A stretch of DNA of 64,000 bases from Curvularia clavata (Eukaryota), in NCBI GenBank assembly GCA_023920165.1, contig CP089274.1, positions 4,588,001-4,652,000 of the forward strand. The letters are read 5' to 3'. The notes below the pieces were generated by a model that saw nothing but the letters and a program-made list of their open reading frames with translations, had not been told where the DNA came from and ran no database searches. The translations under genes were made by a program, and so were the position numbers. Below are positions 12,170-24,815 of this stretch, piece after piece. The first letter of the stretch is position 1. The number at the start of each line of letters is the position of its first letter.

Positions 12170-13186
12170 ATATCTCCCCACAAACGGCAGTACTCTGAAA
12201 CGCCCATCAAGCGCGTCGCGCCACTCTATAGTAGTAAGTCCTTCTTTGGCTACAGATAGTCTAATAATGAGGCTAATAGAAGAAAGCGGCATGCCTGGAA
12301 GATCTGCTAGAAGGAAGCGTAATCGTTACTTCAAGAAGGTGTGCGATGCTCTAGGATTCGCGTCCGAATCCGCATATAATCAATGGCGCGCATTACCTCG
12401 ACCTGTTAAATTTCGGTGAGACAGGTTCGAGAGCGGGTACCTCCAAACACCATTTTTTGTTCCCGGGAAAAAAGGTGTCGAATTCGCGCAAGTTGTCGAG
12501 CAGGTAAAACGAGAAGAAGCCAATGGCACGGGTCGATATTCAGGACCAGACGTGCAAGAGAGATTCACCACCGCATTAGACTGGCAAGCTTGGCTTCTCT
12601 ACCATCTCGTCTAAGAGAACACGAACTTCCGAGAAGGCTGATTTTTTCAGAAAGGCTTCACTAAAATGGATTGTTATCGTGCGATGTGGGGCTTTATCAA
12701 ATGCGAGCTACGAGAACGAAGCCGCAACGCCAAATCCACCAACAAGAACAAATCGGCAAAACCAGTCGACTCGAATTTTTCAAAGGAGAAAATAACACTA
12801 GATCCATTATATGGCACTACTGTAGTGTATTGGAATAATGCATCTAAAAATCTGATAGAAGAGGGTGTTTCGACTAACACCATCATCAAACAACTTTGTG
12901 GATGCGACTATAATAGCTTCAAGCATCAAATCATTGCGCAATTGAGACTGCAAAACGGGGTCACGTGATTGCTTCACTGAAAATGGAAGATGACCTAGAC
13001 TTTCAGCATGCTCAGATCAGAGCTCTCAAGAAAGACCGGGTTAAGGTGTATTTTACCACTGACGAAGCCATGGTTGATGAAGCCGCACAACCAGCACCAA
13101 ATCCTCTCACCACCGCGTCTAAGGGTCTCGAAGACATAAAAGAAGAGGCAGAGAATGAGTCTCTGCATTACTCTGATGATCAATGA
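12170..13186 (+). pseudogene. Disrupted hypothetical gene
   Basis: Presumed start is ATA in place of ATG. After one GTAAGT..TAG intron a single frame continues with stops at 12417, 12612 and 12639 and a frameshift near 12965. Confidence 0.6.
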
Positions 13187-13239
13187 AGCACGCGAAGTCG
13201 GCGCAAGCCGCATGGGTATGAGGGGGAATCTCTGGTAGT

Positions 13240-14100
13240 TTAACTTGATGTAACTGCACGCTGTCGTAACCGGGACCAGACGTAGATCAAAACGGTACTA
13301 TAAAATGTATCCAATTCACTGCAGTTCACCCAGCTATCTTGATCAATTCCTTTTTCTTCGAGTAACTTTGTCACTGCTTCATTTGTGTTCACATAAAATG
13401 TTGATTTACTTGAGGGCACATCCCTGAGACATTGCACAGGTCAAACATCCTTACAAGATTCTCGCGTGGTGCATAGGTAAAGGCGAAATCTCGAGCTCAC
13501 AAAGTGTCGAATTTGCTTACTCTATGTGCAATGGGTTTGACGATGCTGTATTTGTCACAAGTAACTATAAAAACCGATATAGTAAGTGACTAAACACCGA
13601 ACGGGTACACAATGCATTGAGGTTTGGTATCTACTTGTTGTCTGGTCTTACCTTTATCTTTACCTTCACCTTTGTCTTTACCTTCACCTTTGTCTTTACC
13701 TTCACCTTTGTCTTTACCTTCACCTTTGTCTTTACCTTCACCTTTGTCTTTACCTTCACCTTTGTCTTTACCTTCACCTTTGTCTTTACCTTCACCTTTG
13801 TCTTTACCTTCACCTTTGTCTTTACCTTCACCTTTGTCTTTACCTTCACCTTTGTCTTTACCTTCACCTTTGTCTTTACCTTCACCTTTGTCTTTGCCTT
13901 CACCTTTACCTTTTTTTTACTTTTATGTTTACCTCTCTTTACCTCTATTATCACCCTTCATATACAATTCTTTCTCGCTTGCTATGGACTAGTCTTCAGC
14001 AAAGTTGAACTTGATCCCCTCTCTGCTACTTCCTCTCAACCGTAGTTGTCACTTCGAGATCTCAGGCGTACAACACAAATATTTTCCTGCCAGCGATGTG
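13240..14100 (-). pseudogene. Possible decayed gene containing the minisatellite as a (KGEGKD)n tract
   Basis: One minus frame reads ...FAED*SIASEKELYMKGDNRGKER*T*K*KKGKGEGKD(KGEGKD)n...KTRQQVDTKPQ; the stops are TAA/TAG. Confidence 0.35.
13658..13909. repeat. 18-bp minisatellite (CTTTACCTTCACCTTTGT) x13 perfect + 1 variant
   Basis: Directly visible tandem array; the unit is built from three related hexamers. Confidence 0.98.
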
Positions 14101-14464
14101 GAGCCCAATAACCCTCACCCGGACCAAAGGGAGTCCGCATATTCTATCAAAAAGTGTACCGTCAAAAACCGTCCGGCCATAGCAAGAATATTCTTTTGGA
14201 AAATTGAATAGTATAGGGTCTACGTGATACGGGTATATAAATCTGATGCTCCGAAAAAAGAAAATCAAGATCCCAAGAACTTTTCTCTTTTTTTCATCCA
14301 GTCCGCATTTCCCAATTCCAAGTCCAAACACCCTTTTTTCCCCTCCCTATTTCCCTAGAAATAACACCAGGGGAGCATACAAAAAAAGTCATCGACATCA
14401 TTAATCCGTGGTTAATCTTCAAACATCAAGTGAAAACGAAAATCGAAACTTCGCGGGACTCTGT

Positions 14465-17400
14465 CTACGCCTCGACAGAAAGGTCATTCCCTGTACCCAA
14501 CCAGTCCACATCTCCTAGACCCATATTAACTCCCGCACTACCATTGCCGTGTTCCGCGTCAAGTGCCACATCATCGAAGTTAAACGTTTCGCCAACAACA
14601 TCCAGATTAAGTAGCTGGTCGAAATCGCCGTCGTCAAACTCGTTGTTCAGCGGTAGACTTGAAAACAGCATCTCGTTGTCCTGGTGATGGTTGATGGTCG
14701 AGTAGGAATTCAGATCGTAGGAGCTCCATTTGTTGAAATTGCTCACATTGGCGGAGTGGTGGTGCGACATGGCGTCGGCGGTGGCGGTGATGATAGGGCT
14801 TTCTTGCGAGATGGTGATGCTGGACATGTGCTCGTGGTCAGAATCTGGGGGCGTGGACGCAAGGAAAGTTTCGAGGCGGCGGGCGACTTCTTCGTCGGTT
14901 ACGTTGGGTTCGTTGTGCTGTTTTTCTAGGGCGTGCATGTTGGTGGTGCCGTGGTCTGGAGGCGGCGTTAGAGTCGTCGGGCGGATGGTTTGTGCTGTTG
15001 ACATTGATGTGGTCGATACCGTTGCTCCGTTGACGAAATCTAGGCGTCGACCAGCATCGACGAGATCATCGACTGAAGTCGCGGGTGCAGGCTTGTCCAT
15101 GGGTGAAGCCTGGGTAGCAACAGGAGCAACGTGGATACCCGCTTTGCGGATGGCGGCTTCGAGGAAGGCCACCGAGTAGTCGGCAGCGGCGTAGAGATCT
15201 CGCAGTTTTCCCATGACGGCCATGCACTGGCAGAAACCTCGTAGCGATGATCGACGTGTCTCTTCTTCTGGTGCCTTAATGTCGAGCAAGTGGATGATAA
15301 TCGCCGGAAGGAGAACAGTAACACCGGTTGTTGGCAGGTACCTGACGAGGCCACCCTGGTCGAGCCGTTGAGCAATGGATGTGATTGCCGAAGCAGCTCG
15401 GCGGACGTTGCGGCGTGAAACATCGAGAAGTTCAGATTCGACATTGTTCTTTGCTGGGACACTGGCCGGACCGCCCTGAGAGTTTGGTAGGACCTGGGGC
15501 CGATGCAGCGCAGACAATGTCGTAAAGAAGACCATGTGCAACAGCGATCGCGCGAGATCAATTGCTGGAATGCCGGTTGGTTTGTCTGTGTACTTGGCTT
15601 CTTCAGGCAGCTCCGATACCCATTTTTGGAGTTGTTCGTCGCATGCCTTGACTTCACTCGTCTCCGGATCGAGCTTCTTGGGAAGCAGCATCATGGTTGT
15701 GCGGTCATTCTGGAGACCATGGTTGTTGTTAAGCACACAATATTGCTTGGACAGAACGTGCGAAATGCACAAACAAAGTCTGGCCTTCTCAATGCACATG
15801 ATAGCCAGATGCCTTTGAGCGTCTACATCTCTGGCAAGGCGACAATCCGCTGGAAGGCAAGTGATGTTGTCCGGTAGGGGTGCAATTTCAAAGTCGTCGA
15901 GTGTCAGCATTGGGACGTCATAATCCTCAGTCTTTATCCTTGTCGGTCGTCGCATGCCGAGGGCAATGAGTCGGTCTCGCATATATGTCGACCACCATAT
16001 TCGCTTCCAGAGCTTCACACGCTTGGGGTCAAGATTGGTATTATCGGGGTTTCTGTGCAGACCAATGGTATGGGCAACGGACGTGGCGACGCCCATCCAA
16101 TGCCAGGTATCCTTCTGGTCATCAGGTGTTTCATAATAGTATGTCAGCAGTAGTAGTGCCTGGACCAGGGAAACGCGGTCAGACTCGTAATCAAAGTCGT
16201 ACAGAATCTAGTCGCACGGTTAGTTCTGTGGCTTACAGGTCACCGGGCTCATCCACGACTGATTAGCTTGACATGGATGGCACTGGAAAGTCGGTGTATC
16301 TATAATATGCTCTCCGATCGTAACGGACCGATTGGGCAGCTGCAACGTGCCAAGCCGCCCGGTAAGAAAAGGGGTCTGGACTTACTCTAGTCTTTTGGAA
16401 AAAGTCTTTGCGGGCTTCCTTGCGAGTAGCGTAGCCCGCAGCGCGTAGGTGCTCCATATCGACAAATGCTGATCCTGCAAACATGACTGCTTGGAACAGA
16501 ATCAAGCTGACCTTGCCCTTGGTCGGGTCTCGTCCGTCAACCATTGTCAAAAAGTCGTGAAGATCCAGTAACGGCATATACGGATGAACAAATTCCACGT
16601 AAGCGCGGAGCATCTCACTGCGCAGGGTTCCTCTCGGTACACTCAGAGCACCCTTCTTCTGTAGATATGCAATCTCATCAGGTCCAATTTTGGCTGGCAG
16701 AGGTTTGATGAATCTTGGAAGTTCCCCAGACGCAGGCTTGTGTGGCAGGCTTCCAAAGAATGGGGCCTGGGGCTCTGTGGACAATGGCAGAAACGGTGGC
16801 ATTGGGAGACTGTTGATCTGCGAGGTGATGGAAAGGCGTCGCTGCATCTCCGACAGGGATGCAGTGGAATTGAGACGTTGGCCATGACTCTGGTCTATAG
16901 CATAGGTCAGTTTTGTGCATACAAGACTATTGTTGGTCCCACATACATATTGAATGAGGAACATGCTCATCTCGTCTCGATTCTGCCTCATGTGATGCTC
17001 GTGACGAGGCCGAGTTCAGGCTTTGGACTCCGTCCAATGCGTCACGCGACGCAATCTTACGAGTTGCATTTGCTGACGAGTTTGTGCTCTCTGCGCCTTG
17101 GTCATCATCTTTGCTCCATTTCCTATTTTCGTAGTCAGTAAGCGATGCGCAGCTCAGACAATGCAAATCGGCGGGTTGATGCTTGGTTGGTTGCACGCAG
17201 CGAATCGGACAGGTTCGACATGCCACATGTGGCTAGCTCAGCAGTAGCGAGATGTCTGCCGACTTTGCATGCCGCCGCTCATGACGGTACAAGTGCATAT
17301 CGGAGCCGTTGATCTGCAACTGCCGCGTGGTTTGCAATGTTGCAGGTAAAAAGAAAAAAAAGACGCAACTAACTTTTTACGCCTGCTCTCGGATACAATG

Positions 17401-17618
17401 CATTCCACCTCGTCCAGTCTGCAATTTGTGCATGGAGCGCCGTGCTCTGTGACATTGCATCGCACCTTACGAGCTCGACAACATTGACACGCCTTGGAAG
17501 CCCTCCTCTTGACTGAACGACCAGTTGTGTGTCCATCGAGGCCAGCCTGGGTGGCCTTGCGTTTCGATGCGTGGACATCGCTGTGGTGATCGGATGGCGA
17601 TGCGGAATAGTCAGACAT
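14465..17618 (-). CDS. farB: Zn2Cys6 transcription factor, FarB / cutinase transcription factor 1 beta
   Basis: RRASKACQCCRARKVRCNVTEHGAPCTNCRLDEVEC binuclear cluster and Fungal_trans domain (WKRIWWSTYMRDRLIALGMRRP); 3 introns. Confidence 0.88.
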
Positions 17619-17709
17619 GGCTGCCAAGTACTTGTCGTCTGCTTGTTTGTGTTGAAAGCCACGAGGGATATGGCAACAAAGACGTCTAGAAAACTTCTAT
17701 TACGCAAGA

Positions 17710-17894
17710 GGGGGACTGGGGGGGCACGCGAAGATTATAAAGTCATATTGCACCAGAGTGGATTACATTACCAGGGCTCAGCCCGTGTGCTAGGACTCAC
17801 GGACAAGCCGCGCTTCACCTGGTACGATTTAACCCTCATGACGCCGCCTCCGTCCCCACTGGGGGATCGCTAGCTGGTACCCCAGTCCCCCCAG
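17710..17894. promoter_or_regulatory. Cluster of CreA-consensus (SYGGRG) sites upstream of farB
   Basis: CTGGGG at 17716 and 17859, CCCCAC at 17854, CCCCAG at 17880 and 17889. Confidence 0.4.
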
Positions 17895-19637
17895 ATGTGG
17901 ATGGTCGGCGCTTTATCCTTGGCGATTTAGGGCGCCGACACTCGTCGGATGTCATCGGGACAAAGCCCACTCTTGGGACAAAACGCGTTTGGTAACGTCA
18001 GCTGCGAGCCGCAATCCCTGTGTCCTAGGAAAGATGCCGCGGTACATGTTTGCATTTAAAGCCGAGCGTGCCCTTGGTGCCACGCCTTATGACCTGCGGC
18101 TTGTGAACGCCAAGGGGCTCATTTCTTTATAGTGGTCTTGAAAAGGCCACGATACGAATGTCTGGCACGCCTTTCAGCGACGAGTGGCATCTGGACTTGC
18201 TCGAGTCCGAGAGAATGTGGGGTCCTGGCATTGTTGAATCACGAACAGTCCCACAGCCGACGAGCCAGGCATAGGATCATCGTGGTAAAAGTGCGGAAAT
18301 GAATACCCCAGCACCGGCGTGATTGGCTTATCGCAAAGGGCCTACCATTACCAAGCCAGACAGCTCTGGACTGTGTAGCCGAAGTGCTAGCCGTCTCGGG
18401 CGCACGTGAGTTGCATAGGCGTCTAAGCAGAGCTGCGCCTTTTTGCCATTTGGTCGCCCAGGTCCATTCCCCCGAAACTGACCCCAATAAAATCCTGCAT
18501 TGTGGGCGTTAGCGGGCACGGTGTTTGCCGGTTTTCTGTGGGAGCTGACCGCTTTCCAGCGACACACGGGTGTGTGACGGGATGCGATGCAAACACCACA
18601 AGGTACAGAATTGCCGTTGATGACGTGAAGTTGGACGGGGGAAGAGGGGGTGGCTTTCTGGCAGTCAGTCGGGGCTCGGAGGAAAGGCACTTCTCCAACT
18701 GCCTGGGCGCAACGACGAGTTGAGCGAACGAGTGGAGGGCCATGACACGCCGACTCCTGAGACAAGAAATTGCGGGGAGCGCCTTTCCTTCTCGGGGAAG
18801 TCTCGGGCGACGCCAACCCGTTGAATGGAGACGCCCTAGCAGCCTTCCACATTGCTCTTAGCCGTACCCCTTCTGCCACCCCACACTGCACCTCCCGCAC
18901 ATTTTTTTCTTCGTTGCATCGGCGATGGATATCCGCAGCCGCTAGGCGTATCTTCCTGTGCCTCCCGCACCGAAGACCTGGGGTCGGCTTCAGGGATAAA
19001 CTTGGACATGGACATGGACTCGACCAAGACATCAGAATCGACGACACCGACTCGAGCGGTCAAGCCCCCTTACGACCTCGACTTTTAGTTGCTCACTTAG
19101 CGGACCCATGCAACCTACCTGATCTGCAGGGTACCCGCGACGGAAATCGAGGTCTCGGCCGACCCAAGGTCATTACCGGAGAGTCGCATGTGTCAATTCG
19201 AACATTATGGCGCAACTAGCGTGTGTATATGTAAGTATGTGCATGTGTGGAACATTTCACCACATGCTTGCCAAAACCCACGACCAGGATGCATGGAAGA
19301 GGGTGTGCGGCAGTCCCGTTGGCGGTCGAATGGGTCGTCTTTGGGACGCACTACGGATCGATGCTCAGCTCCGACCTCCGCTACTTTCCGATCGAAGAAA
19401 TACCCAAGCCAACAAGGTTCAGAACCCATGACACCAGCCCTTTGACGCACATATACACAGCCTGGTGCACGCTCAGTGGCTGAAGCCACGGGAAAGTTAT
19501 CCGCTTACGTAGTGACGGAAAAGCACAACTGCCGCTACTGGTCCGTTTGGGGTCACAAGATAGCCAAGTAATATGCAGTATTATCATCGTGATTGTAATT
19601 CTGTCTTTTCGCTAATACCATACGATCACCATCTCTC

Positions 19638-21135
19638 TTACAGCTTCGATGAGCCCTGGGGCCTCTCCATGGCCTTGGTCTTGGCCTTGAAGTTCTTCAC
19701 CAATTGCCGAATTCCCAAATCAAGCATAACGTCTTCAGAGCCACCTGGGATTCTTACACCCGGAACTTCACGAGTGATGTCTAATGCACATGTTAGTTGT
19801 GTCTGAAATGTTTCAGTATTAGTGTAGCACTCACGCTCGACCAACTGTCCCTGTCCACTCAGCGTGTAACCGTTGCCGCCAAACAGCAATTGCGCTGTCT
19901 GCGCACACTCGTTCAAGACAATACCACTCTGCGCCTTAACCATAGCTGTCAAACCTCCCAGCTCAATATCCGCTGTCGCTTTGGGGAGTTGCGTCATTTG
20001 GTATACAAACTGTTCGACCCAAGCCCATTGTGATTCTAGTAAAGCCCCGGCTTTTGCAAGGCGATGTCGAACAACAGGCTGGTCAATGAGCGGCTTACCA
20101 AAAGCCTCGCGTTTGAGCACGTATTCCATCGCGGCGGCGAGTGCCACACGAGCTTGACGAGTTGCGCCAATGGCAATGGTCAGTCGCTCATGATTAAAGT
20201 TGGTCATTCTGTTGTCCATGCAGTTAGCCTCCCGACATACAGAAAGTCACGAGCCATGCTTACATGTACTTCATGCCCATTCCCTCCTCTCCAATGAGGT
20301 TCTCCACAGGTACTTTGACGTCATCGAGCTCAATGAAAGTCGTTCCTGCAGACAGCTGTCCGCCTACTTTGAGCCTTCGCATGTTGACACCTGGATATCC
20401 CTTCAGAGGCACAACCACCATCGACAGGCCTGCAGCCCCCGGGCCACCAGTCCTTACAGCCATGGCAGAGTAGTCGGCCCAAATGCCGTTGGTGATCCAC
20501 TTCTTTGTGCCATTGATAATGTAGTGTTTTCCGTCGGGTGTCTTCTTAGCCGTGGTTGTGATGTTTGCGACGTCTGATCCAGCTTCGGGTTCTGTAATGG
20601 CAATGCAAGCCCGTTTCTTGGCAGTTAGGAGTTCTGGGAGGAAGCGCTCTTGTAGCTGTTTGTTGCCAAACTTGAGAATTGGTGGTACTCCAAATGACAT
20701 GCCGGTCGTGAGAGAGCCTGACGGTCCTGCGAGACCGGATCGCATCATCTGGTATTTCCATTAGCTACGCCCAGTGTGTTATCTTGGGAATGGATGCGCT
20801 CGCACTTCATCAGCGTAGATCATGGTATGGATATAGTCCCATTCCTCGACCTTCACGACGCCGAGAATGTCGTGGATACCCAACTTCTTTAGCCATTCTA
20901 CTGGTAGTGGAGCTGGGAGCGTAGGGATCAGCATATTCGCCTTTCCGAATGTCTCAAAGACATGCTCTGGGAGTGTCCCATTTACATCCCACTCCAGCGC
21001 ATTCTCCAACAAGTTCTTCGACACGAACTCGCGACACGCTTTCTGCCATTTCCGATGTGTCTCCTTGTAGTATGGGGATGGAAGGCCGAGGATGTAGGGC
21101 GGCTCGGAGAACGGAACAAAAGCAGTCGAGGACAT
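19638..21135 (-). CDS. Acyl-CoA dehydrogenase with PTS1 (peroxisomal)
   Basis: IAITEPEAGSDVA, INGTKKWITNG, NFNHER, REAFGKPL, IPGGSEDVM and C-terminal SKL; 3 introns. Confidence 0.92.
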
Positions 21136-21297
21136 TGCGATGGCTAGCTGGAGTAGATTCGGATCAGTGGGGAGGGGGTTGATATGAGTGAGTGGGCACT
21201 CTTGCGTTGCGTCTACATGGTGATGTGGTGCTCGGTATAAGAACGGTGCCGCTTGCGGGTGAGCCAAAGGTGGAGTCCGGGGTAAACTGCGGAGGAA

Positions 21298-21303
21298 CCG
21301 AGG
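21298..21303. promoter_or_regulatory. CCGAGG/CCTCGG FarA/FarB-type site upstream of the acyl-CoA dehydrogenase
   Basis: Exact hexamer about 165 bp upstream of ATG 21135. Confidence 0.45.
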
Positions 21304-22210
21304 TTCGCCCAAACAACGCTGACATCGTTTCGTCAAGTCAGGGGCCAACAACCAGTCGAGGGTCGAGGGGCACAATGGCTCCAGCATGTGATGGATCCAC
21401 CCTAGTCGAGATCCCCGTGTATTTGATTGGAATCTGGTAATCCTTATCCAGATTTCACCAAACCACCGCAACTTGCTATCTCTTTAGAATATTCTAGTCT
21501 TGCTGGCTGCGCATTCATTTTATTCACTCTGCTTTAGCTTGGAGGATGTATTACGCACTCTATATGATCTAAGGTTGTGTGGCAAACCCGTGTTTAGCAC
21601 CTACCTCAGGTGAAGTGAGCTACAATACCTGCTAGATATCGTTTGAGCAAAAGTTGAGGAAACAAACAGCCGACATGTATACATTTATCCATGCCTATCT
21701 GCATAACTCTCCTACAACCAATGAAACCAGAAAATCAAAACGAGCTTACCTGCAAAGACAAGCTATCAACACAGAGATGATACATAACTATGACCACCAC
21801 CGCTATTTTTGAAAGTAGAGTTGTAAGTGCTAAAAACTTTGTAAACAAAAAACAATTGCGATAGTTAACTACAACTGCTTTTGGAAGTAGGGTAGGTTTG
21901 TAGGCTGGTCTACGAATTGTGAGAGAGGCAACTGAAGTAGTGCCTCCAGACGATGCATTCACATGAAGACAGGGCGCTGGTGTAAACACATAGAAGATCA
22001 ACATCAAAATCGGTGCACATGTAAAATACAACTGACTACATCTACAAGCAACTACGATACAGACCATGCATAGCCATGGTTACTGGACAATCGAGCAAAC
22101 GACTGACTGGTGAAAATAAAAGACTACATATAGGTTACTTACTAATGACCTGTATCACACACAACTGCCATAGTACGACTAGGCGTGGGGGCATGGATCT
22201 GATAAGACAT

Positions 22211-24702
22211 CTAATCTTCCTCAATCTCGCCTTCTTCACTTCCGCTGCGGAGAGCGCGGTCGTCCTCTTCTTTCTTCGCTGATGGTTCAGGGACGGGAGT
22301 CTTAGATTTGGAGTCAGCACGAGGGGAGTAACGTGCACGCTGGAAAAGTTAGTCATCTTCTGCTAATTGTAACGGCGTTTTTTTCCAAGTACCTTGATTT
22401 CACGATCACGCCTACTGGAGCTCTCTTCGCTGTCGCGACGACGCCGAGTCGACGAAGTGCGGCCACCACTGTCACCGTAGTCAAGCAGGCTAACAGTCGA
22501 CTCACGGGGATCGGCTCTGCTAACATAAGATCGTTCGCGCTCTACTTCACGTTCGCGGCGCTCACGACCGTAATGATCTCCAACAGAACCTCGACGGGAA
22601 CGCTCGTACCGATCGTCGTCTCGGCGGTCACGACGCGGGAGAGGTGACAGACCCGTGCTGTCACTGTTCCTATAGCGGGCCTCCCTATCTTGGACAGCTC
22701 GGCGACGCTCTGCGGCGTAGGGGTCATGTTCAGGTGAGCGAGTACGGGTACGGTGACGACGGTGAGAGTCAGAATGTCCGTTACGATACTCACGATCTCG
22801 GTCCCGTCTATCCCTATCACGATCATCGCGCCTGCTCCGGTCCCGGCGGTCATCCCGGCGCTGGCTCTCCTTTTCCTTCATTCGGGCAATATGTTTGTCG
22901 AATGCCAGCTCGCGTAGGTTATCTGATTTCAGTGCGCGATATTCCTCTGTCTTCTCAACACGGGGACGTACCGACTCCCAGTCGTCTGAAATCGACACTG
23001 GTGGATCAAGGTGCTTGATGACAGAGCGAAGTCTCTCTACAGCGTAGCGCTCGCTTTCCTCTTCGCCTCGTCGCTCTTCATTTTCTCGTTTCTTCACCTT
23101 GTTGAGGACGTAATTGTAGATACTGTGCATGGACTGTTCGTCAATATCAGCGGTGCGTGCATCTTTTCGCATGACACTTAGGAATTCTTCCACAGGGGTC
23201 GATGTGGTAACCTCGAAGCGTTGTTGCTAGAAAGCAGAGTCAGCAAAGAACAATAGTTTGGGGTAAAGTAGATTTACCTCCAGAACATCCAAAGCCCGTC
23301 GGCGCAAAGTACGGAATTTGGTGTCTTCTTCCTCCAGTGCATCACGGAACAAATCAAGTGGGGAAGATCCACTTTGCCCAAGCATGGCCGTGTAGCGGGC
23401 ATCATTTTCAATGTGGCCATGGATCTCCTTCCATTTGGTACCAACACGGAGCATGCCCTTATTTCTGAGCTCGTCTAGCAGCTCCATGAAGGCGTCGCGA
23501 TTCTTGCGCTCGATGCGGTGTTTGATGCGCCGCTCAGCCTGGACCCGATCATTGTGCTCACGTTGGAGCTGCCTGATGTGCTTTTCGAACTGATTGAGGA
23601 TATCGAGGCGAGTCAGCGCCTGGAGCTTCTCACTCTTGAACTCATCACTGTGCTCTAGCTTCTCCTCGGCCGTGTGCCAGCGAGTAAAAGGCTCCAGATC
23701 TAGCCCTTGTAGCAGATTCATGACTCGGTCGAGCGCGGACTGCTTGCTCTCTTCCTCTTCCTCTTCGTGTGCCTTCTTTAGCGAGATGATGTATTCCTCG
23801 AACAAAGCCCTCCGCTCATTATCGTCCTTTGCAGAGCGGAAGATGGTTTCGTCCTCGATGATGGGGAGAGCAGTCTTCCAGCGAGTGTAGTATTTGATCT
23901 CCGGGTGGGAACGCAGCATGGCAGTGAAGTCGGAGCGTAGCTTGGCCTGGCGGTCCTGCTCTTTGTGCTTCTCCTGGGCGCGCAGGTCTTCGCAATACTT
24001 GTGGAAGGCCTCTTCACGCTTTTCTGGCTCTGGTATCGCGCGCCAGTTGGGGTCATGTATACCAGCGCGCACAGCCTGCTGCCACGTCCAGTCAGGCTGT
24101 ACTTTGATCTGCTTGAGCACCTTGATAAAAGCAGCCTCAGCCTCCTGGGGGCTGGAGAACTGGAGTTCGGTGCCCATTGTGAAGCTGATATTGGGGCGGT
24201 CGCCGGCAAAGGCAGATTCGCGATCGCGGTCTCGATCATCGCGACGGTCATGACGGTCGGGGCGATATTCGTCGCGTTCGGGGCGCCTGTTCTCGTACGA
24301 CGGTGCAGTCACAGGAGCGCCTCCAGCCCAGCCAGAAGGACCAACTGGGGGAGGACGCTGAGGCGGCATATTCTGCTTCATCTGGTCGATCTTCTGCTGG
24401 ACAACATCGGGAACATTCCACGTTGTCTGCTTCGTCTCGGTGTGCGCAAAGTATCGCCTGCCGTCTGCGTAATGGGCCACCCAGCCGGTGCCCGAAAGTG
24501 CGCGCTAGACCATGTGTTAGATGTGAGTTGATCGAAGGGTTCGCGAGCTGTGCCTTACCTCTACATCGTCTTTCAACTCATCGGGCTTCTCCCATGTCGT
24601 GACGTTCGTGATGGTGTTATAATAGTATTCCCTTCCATCTTGCGCCTTATGGGTCTTCCAAGCGCTGCCTGGCGGCGCCATTGGTGGCGGAAATCCGTTC
24701 AT
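22211..24702 (-). CDS. PRP40: U1 snRNP protein Prp40 (WW + FF domains)
   Basis: Two WW domains ([30 protein letters not shown]), FF repeats, an R/D-rich tail and a SEEGEIEED terminus; 3 introns. Confidence 0.93.
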
Positions 24703-24815
24703 TATGGTCGTGTTGATGGAAAGTCGCGTGGGTGACTGTCCGATTCGTTGTCGAGCTGGTGGAAGTAGCTCTCTGCACGAAGTTTCCTAGTATGGTGCAC
24801 GGACGGACGTTGTGA

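Noticed and set aside
13658..13909. CRISPR-like array
   Set aside because: It is a contiguous tandem repeat with no spacers, in a eukaryotic genome.
13586..14045. Low-complexity ORFs (LYLHLC)n, (FTFTFV)n, (LSLPSP)n and (KVKVKT)n
   Set aside because: These are by-products of an 18-bp repeat lacking stops in most frames.
17900..19600. Overlapping ORFs upstream of farB (for example 18328-19047)
   Set aside because: No recognisable motifs or gene structure; more likely a long regulatory region.
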